Below, one piece after another: positions 28,668 through 38,277 of a stretch of 63,966 bases of DNA. This DNA comes from an uncultured bacterium (GTDB lineage Bacteria; Zixibacteria; MSB-5A5; CAIYYT01). The notes below the pieces were generated by a model. The model was not told the DNA's origin. It saw only the letters and a program-made list of their open reading frames with translations, and searched no databases. Numbering within the stretch: the first letter of the stretch is position 1; each line of letters opens with the position of its first letter. Where the stretch lies: the NCBI GenBank assembly GCA_903903945.1, contig CAIVAP010000112.1, forward strand, positions 1 through 63,966. The letters are read 5' to 3'. Both the position numbers and the translations under genes were made by a program.

Positions 28668-30506
28668 TCACTTGCACAACGCGCATGGCGTAGCGCCGTG
28701 CGTGAATATGTAGCTAATCATGTAAACAGCGTCTGCTACCGTTGGCATTCCATCGCAATCGACATCGCCGCTACGACCGTCAAGGAGAGGACTGCCATGG
28801 ACAAAGATGAATTGAATCAGATGCACTATATCTGCGACGTCTACGCTACCGGAACCATTGTAGTCGCCGCACAATGATGGATCATCGTCATAATCAAAAC
28901 GCGCAACAAATCCTTCCGACGAACCGCCTGCATATTTAGGTAACCACGGATTGTGCAACGGAAAATCGGAGGAGCCGGTTTTGCCTGCCACGATGATCAT
29001 GCCGTTGACCACTGCTACGGCTCGTGCCTCGTCATCCCCCACACCACCATAGAGAGTGCTGAACTCGCTGCTGTCGCCGTCGGAAGAGATGATGCTGACA
29101 AAGGCTTCGCGTAATCCTGCCGTCTCGCTCTGCAAAGGTTTCGTCGTGGGGAAATCGCTTGCCAAAGTCCAGCCGACGACGATGATCTTGCCATTTTTGT
29201 CAGCGACAACCGCGCTTGCTTCGTCATCGCCCGAAACACCGCCGAGATATGTGCTAAATTGCACGGTTCCGGACATCCTGTCGAGCACCGTCACGAAACC
29301 ATCCGACAAACTTGGGCACGACCGACACGAATCTTGCAACGGCAGGTGCAACGGATAATCTGCCGAGTAGGTCTTGCCGACAATAATCACCTTGCCGTCG
29401 GAAGCAAGCGCCATTCCCCGAGGGATATCATCCTGTACGCCGCCCCAGTACGTCGATCTGATCAGCGGCACACCGGATGCGTCGATTTTCGCGACGAACA
29501 GATCTAAACCCCCCATGAGCGTATCCTGCAAGGGTTGGACAACCGGCAAGTCGGGAGAATTTGTCGTGCCGGAAATATAGATCGCGCCCTCGGCATCGAT
29601 GACAATGCCGACGGCATTATCGGCGCCACTGCCACCGAAGTAGGTCGAATAGCTTAGTGTTTTGGTCGTCGCGTTGATCTTGCAGATAAAGGCATCCGTT
29701 GCCGTTCCGGCCAGAGTATCAATCAGCGCATTAACCGTCGGGAAGTTGCTCGAACTGGTGCTGCCAACGATGCCGACGCTGCCGTAATTGTCAACCACGA
29801 GGTCACTGGCTCTGTCTTGACCATTGCCACCGAGATAGGATGAAAACAACAACGAGTCGCCGGCGCTGCTTACGCAGACAATGAGCGCGTCCTCATAGCC
29901 GGAGTTCTGCACCTTAAGCGGCATAACCACCCGCAAATCCGTTGATGTTGTTCCGCCGCAGACCCAGACACGTCCGGCGCTGTCAATGGCAATGCCGGTC
30001 GCTTGATCATTGCCGTTGCCGCCAAAATAGGTGCAAAATTCCAGCGTGTCGCCGGTAGGACAAAACTTGGCGATGAAAATGTCATCTTCCGCCGCGCGGG
30101 TATCCTGAAGTGCGTGCACTATCGGGAAGTTGTCGGAGTTAGTGTGGCCGGTAACATAAATATGTCCCCCCCGATCGATGGCAACATCGGTGATGTTGTC
30201 AGCCGCATTGCCGCCGAGGAAAGTGGAGAATCGCACGGTCGGCGCGGCGAGAGCGGTGGAAGTGAGAGCGACAAGAAACGCGATCGCGCACAAGATCAGC
30301 AGCGTGCGCAGGTTCGTAGGGCGAAACCCTCGCGGTTTCGACTTCCTTGTTTTCCCCCTTAGCAAAGGGGGACCAAGGGGGTTGTAGACGCGTTTCCCGT
30401 CAGCAGAATGACAACCACCCCTTCGGTCCCCCTTTGTTAGGGGGGAATGGCTATTCCCCTCTCCCCGTGGGGGAGGGGTTAGGGGTGAGGGTGCAAGCAA
30501 ACTCAT
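28668..30506 (-). CDS. Secreted SBBP-type beta-propeller repeat protein with a C-terminal twin dockerin-like module
   Basis: Contains about 8 repeats of the form STYLGGxGxDxAxxIxxDxxGxIyvxGxTxSxDFP. The C-terminal module is at 28671-28871. The start is uncertain: ATG 30506 or GTG 30530 both read through the hairpin-repeat cluster. The hydrophobic signal-like segment (LRTLLILCAIAFLVALTSTALA) only begins near 30300. Confidence 0.7.
   Translation of the reverse strand: MSLLAPSPLTPPPRGEGNSHSPLTKGDRRGGCHSADGKRVYNPLGPPLLRGKTRKSKPRGFRPTNLRTLLILCAIAFLVALTSTALAAPTVRFSTFLGGNAADNITDVAIDRGGHIYVTGHTNSDNFPIVHALQDTRAAEDDIFIAKFCPTGDTLEFCTYFGGNGNDQATGIAIDSAGRVWVCGGTTSTDLRVVMPLKVQNSGYEDALIVCVSSAGDSLLFSSYLGGNGQDRASDLVVDNYGSVGIVGSTSSSNFPTVNALIDTLAGTATDAFICKINATTKTLSYSTYFGGSGADNAVGIVIDAEGAIYISGTTNSPDLPVVQPLQDTLMGGLDLFVAKIDASGVPLIRSTYWGGVQDDIPRGMALASDGKVIIVGKTYSADYPLHLPLQDSCRSCPSLSDGFVTVLDRMSGTVQFSTYLGGVSGDDEASAVVADKNGKIIVVGWTLASDFPTTKPLQSETAGLREAFVSIISSDGDSSEFSTLYGGVGDDEARAVAVVNGMIIVAGKTGSSDFPLHNPWLPKYAGGSSEGFVARFDYDDDPSLCGDYNGSGSVDVADIVHLIQFIFVHGSPLLDGRSGDVDCDGMPTVADAVYMISYIFTHGATPCALCK
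30322..30478. repeat. Cluster of four short G/C-run hairpins (REP-like)
   Basis: H1 cgaaacc/ggtttcg at 30322-30340. H2 tccccctt-agca-aaggggga at 30353-30372. H3 tccccct-ttgtt-aggggg(g) at 30427-30445. H4 cccctctccc/gggggagggg at 30456-30478, which includes one G-U pair. Confidence 0.7.
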
Positions 30507-30514
30507 CAGTCCGG

Positions 30515-32119
30515 CTAAAACGCGCCGCACGGCGCGGGACCGCCAGAGAAGATGTACGCAATCAGATAGACGACATCAGCAATAGTAATTACTCCGTCGC
30601 AGTCTGCATCACCTGCTGCCAATGGCGATGGCGCCGGTCCGTGGGAAAAGATATATGCGATGAGATACACAGCGTCGGCGATGTTCACTTCGCCCGACCT
30701 GTCGGCATCACCAGGAATAATGACAAACACCTGCCGATACAATTGTCGGGCGGTCAGAATGTTCGTCGTCAAGTCCGAAAAGTCGAGACTGTCGTAAAAT
30801 GCCTGTGGGTTGTTCGAGTCGAAAAGTTGGAAATCGCTTGGATTGCGATGGAAGTTGTCGCCCATTGCTACCACAAAGGCCAACTCCGTACTGTCGCCCG
30901 GCGCGAGATCGATCGGCCCGAAGGAGAGCAGGAAGCGGGTATCGTAACCGTCTGCCAGATTGCTGGCAACATTCGCTGCCGGCGGCAGCCATCCTTGGGC
31001 GGAATGATCTACTGCTGACCAAAGCTGGTCGTAGTCATTTTCGGAAGTTGACATGATGTAGTACTTGTTTCGGTCACCTTCGGGTGTTCCAAGTCCGCCT
31101 GTGCCGAAATTGCGGTTGTTTTCCTGTCGTCGGGGTCCCCAGTCCAGCGTTGCGACACCGTTCGTAACCCACCAGTTGAACGACTGCTTTGGTTGTGTCG
31201 GGAAGTCGAGCAGGGAGACTCCAAGTACGGCGAGCGTTGATTGAGAAGTCCATTGTCCCGTTCCGGACGGATCACCGTCGTTGTCGGCCGACCAACCAAT
31301 TATCACCTGATCGTCGCTTAAAGAATCTTCAGTGAAATAGCTACCAGAAACATCGTCTTGAAAACCATATGGGGTTTCCGAATGGTAGGCGTCAGTGTCG
31401 AAGTGGAATCCGATGAACACCTTGTTGAGCGTATGAAGACTGATATTCTTGATATGATATCTGAAAATGATGAAATCCTCGTAAGCTGCCTGGTTCCAGG
31501 AATAGGACTCTTGCACGATCTTGAGTCCGATGGGAATGTGTGGTCGATTGTCCATAGGATCACGTCCTGTCCAGACTTCATCGACCAAGGTGTCATAGTA
31601 CTCGGCAATCATGTCGAGATCGCTAAGCGCTGCTGCGTCATAGTTGGGGTCGTAGGGACGGTTTGAGCGTCGTACAATACCGCCGTTTGGACTCGCTTGT
31701 GGATACATCTCAAAAACCCCCGACCAGCCGTCCGCGCCAACGGACACCAACGTGTCGCTATCCACAATCGCCCCGATCCAGAGAGCGCCCTGATAGAGAT
31801 AGTTGATGCCGCTACCGGCGGGGAATTCCGCGGATGGAGCTAGTGAACCGTATGCAATCCCTGGACCTAGACAATACATTTCCTTGAGCTGACCGCCGTT
31901 GAGCTGACTTCCGAAAAATCCCCAGTTGGTTACCGTCATCCACAGATTGCCCGTCCGATGCGAGCAGTTCTGAGTGTTGGGAGTGGCCGTCCATTTCCCC
32001 GAGGCAACTGGTTTTTCGCTATCAAGATATGCGCTCTTGCCAGCGGCCGTTGATCCAAACAGCGTTACAACTGCAATTCCCAATACGATCAACTTAGAGC
32101 CGATCCAGATCGTTTTCAT
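30515..32119 (-). CDS. Secreted protein of unknown function with a C-terminal twin dockerin-like module
   Basis: 534 aa with a signal peptide. GGGAGG lies 5 nt upstream of the ATG. The C-terminal module is at 30518-30712 (GDADRSGEVNIADAVYLIAYIFSHGPAPSPLAAGDADCDGVITIADVVYLIAYIFSGGPAPCGAF). Confidence 0.78.
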   Translation of the reverse strand: MKTIWIGSKLIVLGIAVVTLFGSTAAGKSAYLDSEKPVASGKWTATPNTQNCSHRTGNLWMTVTNWGFFGSQLNGGQLKEMYCLGPGIAYGSLAPSAEFPAGSGINYLYQGALWIGAIVDSDTLVSVGADGWSGVFEMYPQASPNGGIVRRSNRPYDPNYDAAALSDLDMIAEYYDTLVDEVWTGRDPMDNRPHIPIGLKIVQESYSWNQAAYEDFIIFRYHIKNISLHTLNKVFIGFHFDTDAYHSETPYGFQDDVSGSYFTEDSLSDDQVIIGWSADNDGDPSGTGQWTSQSTLAVLGVSLLDFPTQPKQSFNWWVTNGVATLDWGPRRQENNRNFGTGGLGTPEGDRNKYYIMSTSENDYDQLWSAVDHSAQGWLPPAANVASNLADGYDTRFLLSFGPIDLAPGDSTELAFVVAMGDNFHRNPSDFQLFDSNNPQAFYDSLDFSDLTTNILTARQLYRQVFVIIPGDADRSGEVNIADAVYLIAYIFSHGPAPSPLAAGDADCDGVITIADVVYLIAYIFSGGPAPCGAF

Positions 32120-32240
32120 CTCGCCTCCCGCGACTAAGGGTTTCTACCTGCGCCGTCAGGAACCCTTCCTGGCGGCCCTTCGATTTCCGGGCGTAACGGA
32201 CATTTGCCATTCCCCAATCCCAGTCACATTCGCGCTCAAG

Positions 32241-32272
32241 ATACAAAACACCCCTGACAGAACCTGTCAGGG
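32241..32272 (-). terminator. Candidate rho-independent terminator or attenuator between the tricorn-like gene and the next dockerin gene
   Basis: Perfect 9-bp stem ccctgacag/ctgtcaggg (32252-32260 and 32264-32272) with a 3-nt loop. On the minus strand it is followed by gtgttttgtat. Confidence 0.45.
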
Positions 32273-32543
32273 ACAAATCATCTAAGTCGCAGCAATGTGA
32301 CTGTTCTGCCAATGTACACAGACGTCTACGTTTGTCAAGCAGGAATTTGCCTTTTCTGGTAAGTTTCGTAGATCGGTGTTCCGAACGAAGGCTTGCCGCT
32401 GCTACGAGTCCGAATTTGCCGAGCAACGAATGTCGGGTTTCTCGCCCCGTGCTCGGACACAGTCACCGGCACAAACACATGGCATCCTGCTTTTTCACAC
32501 GCTGCCTTATGTCACCGTGGGACTCGGAACCCGACCAACTACG

Positions 32544-35500
32544 CTATTTGATTTTGTCGGTGAGATATTTGACTGCTTCCTCAAGCTGGTTGTCTTCACC
32601 ACGCTCAAGGCGGCTTAGATCGCGGGAAACGACAATGTCTGGTGCAACGCCGTTGTTCTCCAGCGCTTCACCTTTGAGACTGTACCATCCCACCGTCGGG
32701 ACTCCCAGTTTCCAACCGTTGGCAAGCGAATAGTACTTGGCGCCGACCACTGCACCGTAAGTTGTCGTACCCATGATCGTGCCCAGTCCGAGCTCGCGAA
32801 ATCCCAGCGCGAAAATCTCGGCATCGGATGTCGTGTTTTCGTCAGTTAACAGCACAATCGGCGTCGTAATTGCGCCACGCGCATCCTGTCCAATATCGCC
32901 ATCGCGAGTTTTGTGCGTGACATAGGGCTTGCGCGAAAGGCACTCCAGCAGTTCCTCATGATTGTTGCCGCCGACGTTGCCGCGTATGTCAAGAATCAGC
33001 CCTTGCTTACCATCGAGTTGCTGCGCGAGTTCGTTTTCGAAGCCGTTCATGCCATCATTGTCCATCTGCTTCAGTTGAATGTAAGCGAGCTTCTTGTGAG
33101 AGAGGTTGTCCACCAAGCTGCGCGTCCTGGCCAGGTTGTCGCGATATTCGCAATCGTAGTACTCCTCCGCGTCCACCGGCGTAATCAATACGCTGCGGGA
33201 GATGCCATCGCGGCTGAAGATGTCGAGTTTGATTTCCGTGCCCACCGCATTCTCAAAAGCTTCGTAATAGTCGACGTTCGCATTCAACTTTTTGCCTTCG
33301 ACGGCCGTAATCTTGTCTTCCAATCGCAATTCGGAACTCAATCGGGTGGCAGGCGAGCCGGAAAGGAAGTATTTCACTTTTAAGCCCGCCGAGTTGTCCT
33401 CATAGTCGGGTAAGATTCCAAGCATTCCGGTCTCACCAACTCGCGGCTTGTCCCTCCAGATCATGATGTGCGAGCAGTCGAGTTCTCCGGTCATTTCCGT
33501 GATGATGTCGTAGATATCGTTCGGTTCGGTGGCCGCCTGCACGCGAGGAAGGTAGGTTTCGCGGATGTTGTTCCAGTCAACACCGTGCATCGTCGGATCG
33601 TAGAAATGTTCTTTCAATGTCGCCCAAACCTGATCGAAGACATGCGTCATTTCCTGTTTACGATCGATATCCATCTCACCACTGATGAGAAGCGGCGTAG
33701 CTGTGCCGTCTTGGAGGTTGATGCTCTGTATCCTCCCCTTACTGTCTCGCACATACACGATTTCGCCGCGCGGTGAAAATTGCAGATCTGAAGGTGAAGG
33801 CAAGGTGCCGGTGACCACCTTTTGGTCGCTGCCGTCGAGATTCACCCTCTCGATTTGACCGGCAGAGGTGATATACACCAACGTCGAGGAATTTGGCGAC
33901 ATGACAGTCGATTCGATATTGCCCTGATGAGTCAGTTGTACGTCGCGATCGGCGATTCCGTCGAAATCAATCATCACCGTAGGCAATCCGAGTGCATTGG
34001 GGGTCACGTTCTTCTCGGCGTATTCTTGTCGCTCAAGGAAAGTCATTTCCGCCAGGCGTCGCTCCATGTAGAGATAGTGGAGATCGTTATCATTGACGTA
34101 ATAGACCAGTCTGCCATCGGCGGAAAAGCGTGGGTCGTTGTAGCTGCCGGCCGCGTCACTGATCTTGTAGATGGCGCCGCTCTCACTGTCGCCGATGTAT
34201 ATCTGACTGTACCAATCGGCATCCAGCCGGGTGAACACGATGTAACGCCCATCCGGAGACCAATTGAGCGAAGTGATGGCGCCTTTCTCCGTCAGTACAC
34301 GTTCGGTCAGTTTCTTGATGTCCTTGATGACCAGTTCTGTTTCATCGCGGATGAAGGCAAGTTTGCTTTGATCGGGAGAAATCACCGGCACCCGCTTGGT
34401 AAGATCTGACTTGACGAAGGGCGCAATCTCACGATCTCGCGATCGAGCCAGCGAACTCTGACTAAGATCGATCGAGCGGGCAAGATAGATGTCACAGACG
34501 AGATCGCGATCGGAGACAAAAGCCAATTGTTTGGAGTCGGGAGACCAGATGAGATCGCGTTCGTTGGCGGCACTCGATGTGAGTTGCTGTTGATAATTCC
34601 CCGACAGGTCACGACAGAAGATGTCACCGTGAATGACATAGGCAAGCAATTTACCGTCCGGCGAAATTGCAAAATCGCTGACACCCGAATCAAACGTGAC
34701 ATGTTCAACCGCATTGGTCTTGGCCGCAGCCGGAGCTTCCAGTTCCAGCTTACGTCCCTGCCCGGTCTTGAAATCGTAGAGGAAGATTTCGCCGCCAAGT
34801 TCGTAGGCGGCCAACGAAGCGTCCTGAGCCACCGACAGATACGTAATGCTGAGCCGATGATTTGTCAACTGCGTAACCTGGTCGCTGACCAGATTCCTTT
34901 TGAAAAGATTGTATACTCCGGTCGAGTCGGAAAGAAACAGGATTTCGCTGCCGCTGGGGGACCAGAATCCATCCCGCTCGCTGCTGGGCGCTTGCGTGAC
35001 ACGCACGATTGTGCCTGAGGCTAGATCTTTCAGAAATAAATCGCAGGCCGCAGGTCCACGGTAGCCCTTGCGCCAGTACGGCACCGCACCGCGTGTAAAC
35101 AACAGCCGGGCGCCGTCGGGCGATTTGCGACCATCAAACGATTCAATGGTTGTGATGGGTCTAGCGCGTCCGCCGATGGCGGGAACTTCCCACACTTGCT
35201 GATACGGATGATCTCGCTGTGACGCGAAGAGGATTCGTCGACTGTCGGCGCTCCAGCCGGAGACCAGATCATCCGCCGAATAGTAGGTGACGCGCGTTTC
35301 GATACCACCAGTGGCGGAAATTACGAAGATATCATAGTTGCCGTAACGTTGTGACGAGAAAGCGATGAAATTACCGTCCGGAGACCATTTCGGGTAAGCA
35401 TCGTAGCCGACGTGCACTGTCAGGCGTTGGGCTTTGCCGCCCTGCGCGGAGACAATCCAAAGATCGCCCTGATAAGAGAAACAGACTTTCGACCCATCGG

Positions 35501-35615
35501 GCGAAGGCGCTGGATGATGTAGATTTAGCGGCCCTGACAGCACTGTGTTAGATGCTGTCAGGAGCATTAGGATGAGAAACACTTTTGCGTTCAATACCTT
35601 ACCGATCAAGGACAT
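32544..35615 (-). CDS. Tricorn-protease-like protein (TolB-type beta-propellers, PDZ and S41 peptidase) with a signal peptide
   Basis: Repeated motifs SPDGSKVCFSYQGDLWIV and WSPDGNFIAFSSQR, and an S41-type DIRGNVGGN region near the C-terminus. The track starts at TTG 35678. I prefer ATG 35615 (MSLIGKVLNAKVFLILMLLTASNTVLSG), which follows GGAG. Confidence 0.82.
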   Translation of the reverse strand: MSLIGKVLNAKVFLILMLLTASNTVLSGPLNLHHPAPSPDGSKVCFSYQGDLWIVSAQGGKAQRLTVHVGYDAYPKWSPDGNFIAFSSQRYGNYDIFVISATGGIETRVTYYSADDLVSGWSADSRRILFASQRDHPYQQVWEVPAIGGRARPITTIESFDGRKSPDGARLLFTRGAVPYWRKGYRGPAACDLFLKDLASGTIVRVTQAPSSERDGFWSPSGSEILFLSDSTGVYNLFKRNLVSDQVTQLTNHRLSITYLSVAQDASLAAYELGGEIFLYDFKTGQGRKLELEAPAAAKTNAVEHVTFDSGVSDFAISPDGKLLAYVIHGDIFCRDLSGNYQQQLTSSAANERDLIWSPDSKQLAFVSDRDLVCDIYLARSIDLSQSSLARSRDREIAPFVKSDLTKRVPVISPDQSKLAFIRDETELVIKDIKKLTERVLTEKGAITSLNWSPDGRYIVFTRLDADWYSQIYIGDSESGAIYKISDAAGSYNDPRFSADGRLVYYVNDNDLHYLYMERRLAEMTFLERQEYAEKNVTPNALGLPTVMIDFDGIADRDVQLTHQGNIESTVMSPNSSTLVYITSAGQIERVNLDGSDQKVVTGTLPSPSDLQFSPRGEIVYVRDSKGRIQSINLQDGTATPLLISGEMDIDRKQEMTHVFDQVWATLKEHFYDPTMHGVDWNNIRETYLPRVQAATEPNDIYDIITEMTGELDCSHIMIWRDKPRVGETGMLGILPDYEDNSAGLKVKYFLSGSPATRLSSELRLEDKITAVEGKKLNANVDYYEAFENAVGTEIKLDIFSRDGISRSVLITPVDAEEYYDCEYRDNLARTRSLVDNLSHKKLAYIQLKQMDNDGMNGFENELAQQLDGKQGLILDIRGNVGGNNHEELLECLSRKPYVTHKTRDGDIGQDARGAITTPIVLLTDENTTSDAEIFALGFRELGLGTIMGTTTYGAVVGAKYYSLANGWKLGVPTVGWYSLKGEALENNGVAPDIVVSRDLSRLERGEDNQLEEAVKYLTDKIK

Positions 35616-35776
35616 GCTCCAACCGTAACCAAGCATTTGCAAACCTACTAATCTGACGCGCCAGCCGCCAAAACGCAAAATCTTTTTTTGCGTAGTTCAG
35701 TAACGTTTCCTTTCGCGGGCGACCCGAACGACCCTGATGCCCATGGCAAAGCCTTCGATCGGGCTGCTCTTTTAGG

Positions 35777-35805
35777 TTGACAATGGCTCCAAGTCAGACT
35801 AACTA
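35777..35805 (+). promoter_or_regulatory. Weak sigma70-like promoter (TTGACA-N17-TAACTA) ending 7 nt before ATG 35812
   Basis: The -35 and the spacing are exact, but the -10 is poor. No SD motif lies between it and the ATG. Confidence 0.25.
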
Positions 35806-35811
35806 ACTGCC

Positions 35812-37371
35812 ATGTTTCATCTTGCAGCATTACCGCTTCTGCTTTCTCTCACCTCTGTCTCGGTCGACAGTTCGCGTGGTGTTGCCGCCAGCTCCCAAGT
35901 TCCCCAAACCACTGGCAACGCTATGCTACAGCGGATCGAATCTACCGACTACGTAGCCAATAAGTACTGGGAAGAATATCTGCTTCTGGACAATATGAGC
36001 AAACTGTATGCGAATGTCCGCCCCAGTACCACCCGTTTCCGCAACGAGGAACACGGCGACCGACTGAATCAACCCGTGGCGTCAATCATCAGCGACCGCT
36101 TCCCTTTGTATGATCAGGAGAGTCGGCTGAATCTGAATCATCTTCTAGGCCGTGCCGACCCGTCGGGAGAATTCCCGGCACTGCGTCTGCGTTTTGTGCC
36201 GTACGCGGAGGAATTGGCTGCCGATGACACGCTGCCGGTACACCGCATCGGTATCACTGCCGAATCTTGGATCAACCCGGTTCCCGACTTGCAGGTACAC
36301 ATCCGCGCTCGGGTCGAAAATCACGGTGAACTCTACTCACAGTTTGACGGTCGCAAGTGGAAAAAGAAAATCACCGGCTGGCTGGACAATGCCGCTCTCT
36401 ACTTCTATCACAACGGCATTTTCGGCTCTGTCGGAAGGTCGTATCTCATTTGGGGACCAGAGCCACATGATGCACTGTTGATTTCCGACAATTCACCCGC
36501 GTTCGACCGCATCTGGCTTGGCTATGAACACAAAGCCTTTCGCTTTGACTATGTCATCGCTCGACTCGATGATTTCCATCAAGGCGATTCAATGCTGGTG
36601 CGCTATTTCTCGGCACATCGTTTGTCATTCCGCAAAACCGGAGTTTTCGAATTGGGACTGTCGGAAGTGGCATTATATGGAGGTTACAATCGGCCGATGG
36701 AGTGGCGCTATCTGAATCCTTTCCTTCCCTACTATTGGGAGCAATACAATCGCAATAGCGACGACAACATGTTCATCGGCATGGACGGCGTGATTTATTG
36801 GCCAAAGCGGTCGCGCATCTTCGGTGAGTTGATGATTGATGACTTCCAGATCGACTTCAAGTCGGAGCCCCATCAGGTCGGTTACAAACTCGGCATCGAC
36901 GCTCTGGAGCCATTGGGCTTCGCACGTCTGTTCACGAAGTTGAGCTACACGCGCGTGAATACTACGGTCTATGGGCAGAACAAACCGCAAAATCTCTACC
37001 TCAACTCCGGCCAGCCGATCGGTTATTTTGGGGGCAATGATCAGGATCGTATCTTGGCATTGCTGCGCTATCATGTCTCGACAAGCTGTGATCTGGAACT
37101 CGAATTCCAATACAACCGCCGCGGAGAAGGCCGAATTGAACCGCACCAGTCCAGCGCCGTGCCGAAAGGGGTCAAGTTTCCATCGGGCATTGTGGAAAAA
37201 TCACCATCACTGCAATTAGCCGTCGAACTGTTTCATTCCCAGTTCCTGCAGGGACATGCGGCATTCAACTATGCTCATTTCGCCAACTATCAGCACGTCC
37301 GGGGCCGCAACCATGACAGAATCGGCCTTGACCTGAGGTTATCCTATTATCTGCAGGGATCATTTGACTGA
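35812..37371 (+). CDS. Putative outer-membrane beta-barrel protein; tentatively capsule-assembly Wzi-like
   Basis: 519 aa with a hydrophobic N-terminus and an aromatic-rich alternating pattern. An RYLNPF motif recalls the Wzi family, from memory only. The stop overlaps the ispE ATG (TGATG). Confidence 0.55.
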   Translation: MFHLAALPLLLSLTSVSVDSSRGVAASSQVPQTTGNAMLQRIESTDYVANKYWEEYLLLDNMSKLYANVRPSTTRFRNEEHGDRLNQPVASIISDRFPLYDQESRLNLNHLLGRADPSGEFPALRLRFVPYAEELAADDTLPVHRIGITAESWINPVPDLQVHIRARVENHGELYSQFDGRKWKKKITGWLDNAALYFYHNGIFGSVGRSYLIWGPEPHDALLISDNSPAFDRIWLGYEHKAFRFDYVIARLDDFHQGDSMLVRYFSAHRLSFRKTGVFELGLSEVALYGGYNRPMEWRYLNPFLPYYWEQYNRNSDDNMFIGMDGVIYWPKRSRIFGELMIDDFQIDFKSEPHQVGYKLGIDALEPLGFARLFTKLSYTRVNTTVYGQNKPQNLYLNSGQPIGYFGGNDQDRILALLRYHVSTSCDLELEFQYNRRGEGRIEPHQSSAVPKGVKFPSGIVEKSPSLQLAVELFHSQFLQGHAAFNYAHFANYQHVRGRNHDRIGLDLRLSYYLQGSFD

Positions 37372-38234
37372 TGGTTGATCGCTCGGTAACGATTGATACA
37401 CCGGCCAAGATTAATCTGTTTCTCAAGATCATCGGGAAGCGGCCTGATGGTTACCATGATATCTATTCATTGGTGCAGACGGTCGATCTGTACGATACCC
37501 TTACGATTTCTGAAATCGACAGAGGAACGGAACTGATCGGCGCTACGGCCGTTGTACCTCTCGATTCATCCAATATAATCTGGAAGGCGGCTGAGTTACT
37601 GCGCCGGCAAACGGGCTTCACGCAAGGCATACAGGTCAATCTGACCAAACGTATTCCGGTCGGCGCCGGTTTGGGTGGAGGGAGTTCCGATGCCGCCGCG
37701 ACACTCAAAGGCGTGAATCGGCTTCTGGATCTCAATTTGTCGCGGCAGCAACTGCAGCAACTTGGCGCCACTCTCGGCAGTGATGTCCCCTTCTTCTTCT
37801 CGACCGGTTCGGCGATCATCACCAGACGCGGAGAAATGGTTGAGGAGGTCAAGATAGCATCTGACTACTTTGTCCTTCTGGTTGTTCCCGATTTCGCGAT
37901 TTCCACAGCCGAGGCCTACTCGAAGGTGAAAATTGCCTTGACAAACTCTTCCCCCAAGCCTACATTTAAGCGGGAGAAAATAAGCGCCGAACTTTTACCA
38001 TTGCTCGATCAAATCGGCAATGATTTTGAAGGCCTGGTGACCGACGGCCATCCGGCAGTTTTTGCGTGTATGCAAATTCTTCGGGAGGCAGACGCACATG
38101 CTGTGGCGCTATCGGGGAGCGGTTCAGCGTTTTTTGGACTGTTCGATCGAGTACCCGATCCTTCCTTGGCGACGATGATATCAGGGCGTTTTGGCTGGCA
38201 GGTTTTTAGTCTCTGCCCTGTCAAGCTGGCGTGA
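37371..38234 (+). CDS. ispE: 4-diphosphocytidyl-2-C-methyl-D-erythritol kinase
   Basis: 287 aa with PAKINLFLKIIGKRPDGYH and the GHMP kinase motif PVGAGLGGGSSDAAA. Confidence 0.92.
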   Translation: MVDRSVTIDTPAKINLFLKIIGKRPDGYHDIYSLVQTVDLYDTLTISEIDRGTELIGATAVVPLDSSNIIWKAAELLRRQTGFTQGIQVNLTKRIPVGAGLGGGSSDAAATLKGVNRLLDLNLSRQQLQQLGATLGSDVPFFFSTGSAIITRRGEMVEEVKIASDYFVLLVVPDFAISTAEAYSKVKIALTNSSPKPTFKREKISAELLPLLDQIGNDFEGLVTDGHPAVFACMQILREADAHAVALSGSGSAFFGLFDRVPDPSLATMISGRFGWQVFSLCPVKLA

Positions 38235-38277
38235 TAGTGGAGACATCGGGACCCTTACAGTGGGAGGTTAGGGAGCC

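Noticed and set aside
30322-30478. Whether the hairpin cluster could be a small CRISPR array.
   Set aside because: The four units differ in sequence and length (19-23 bp) and are irregularly spaced. There are no unique spacers of constant size and no cas genes in the window.
32120-32543. ORFs of 80-133 aa in the 424-nt gap downstream of the tricorn-like gene (32094-32426, 32332-32733, 32376-32618).
   Set aside because: They overlap one another on both strands and have no SD and low-complexity translations. The region more plausibly holds the 32252-32272 hairpin and the promoter of the 30515-32119 gene.
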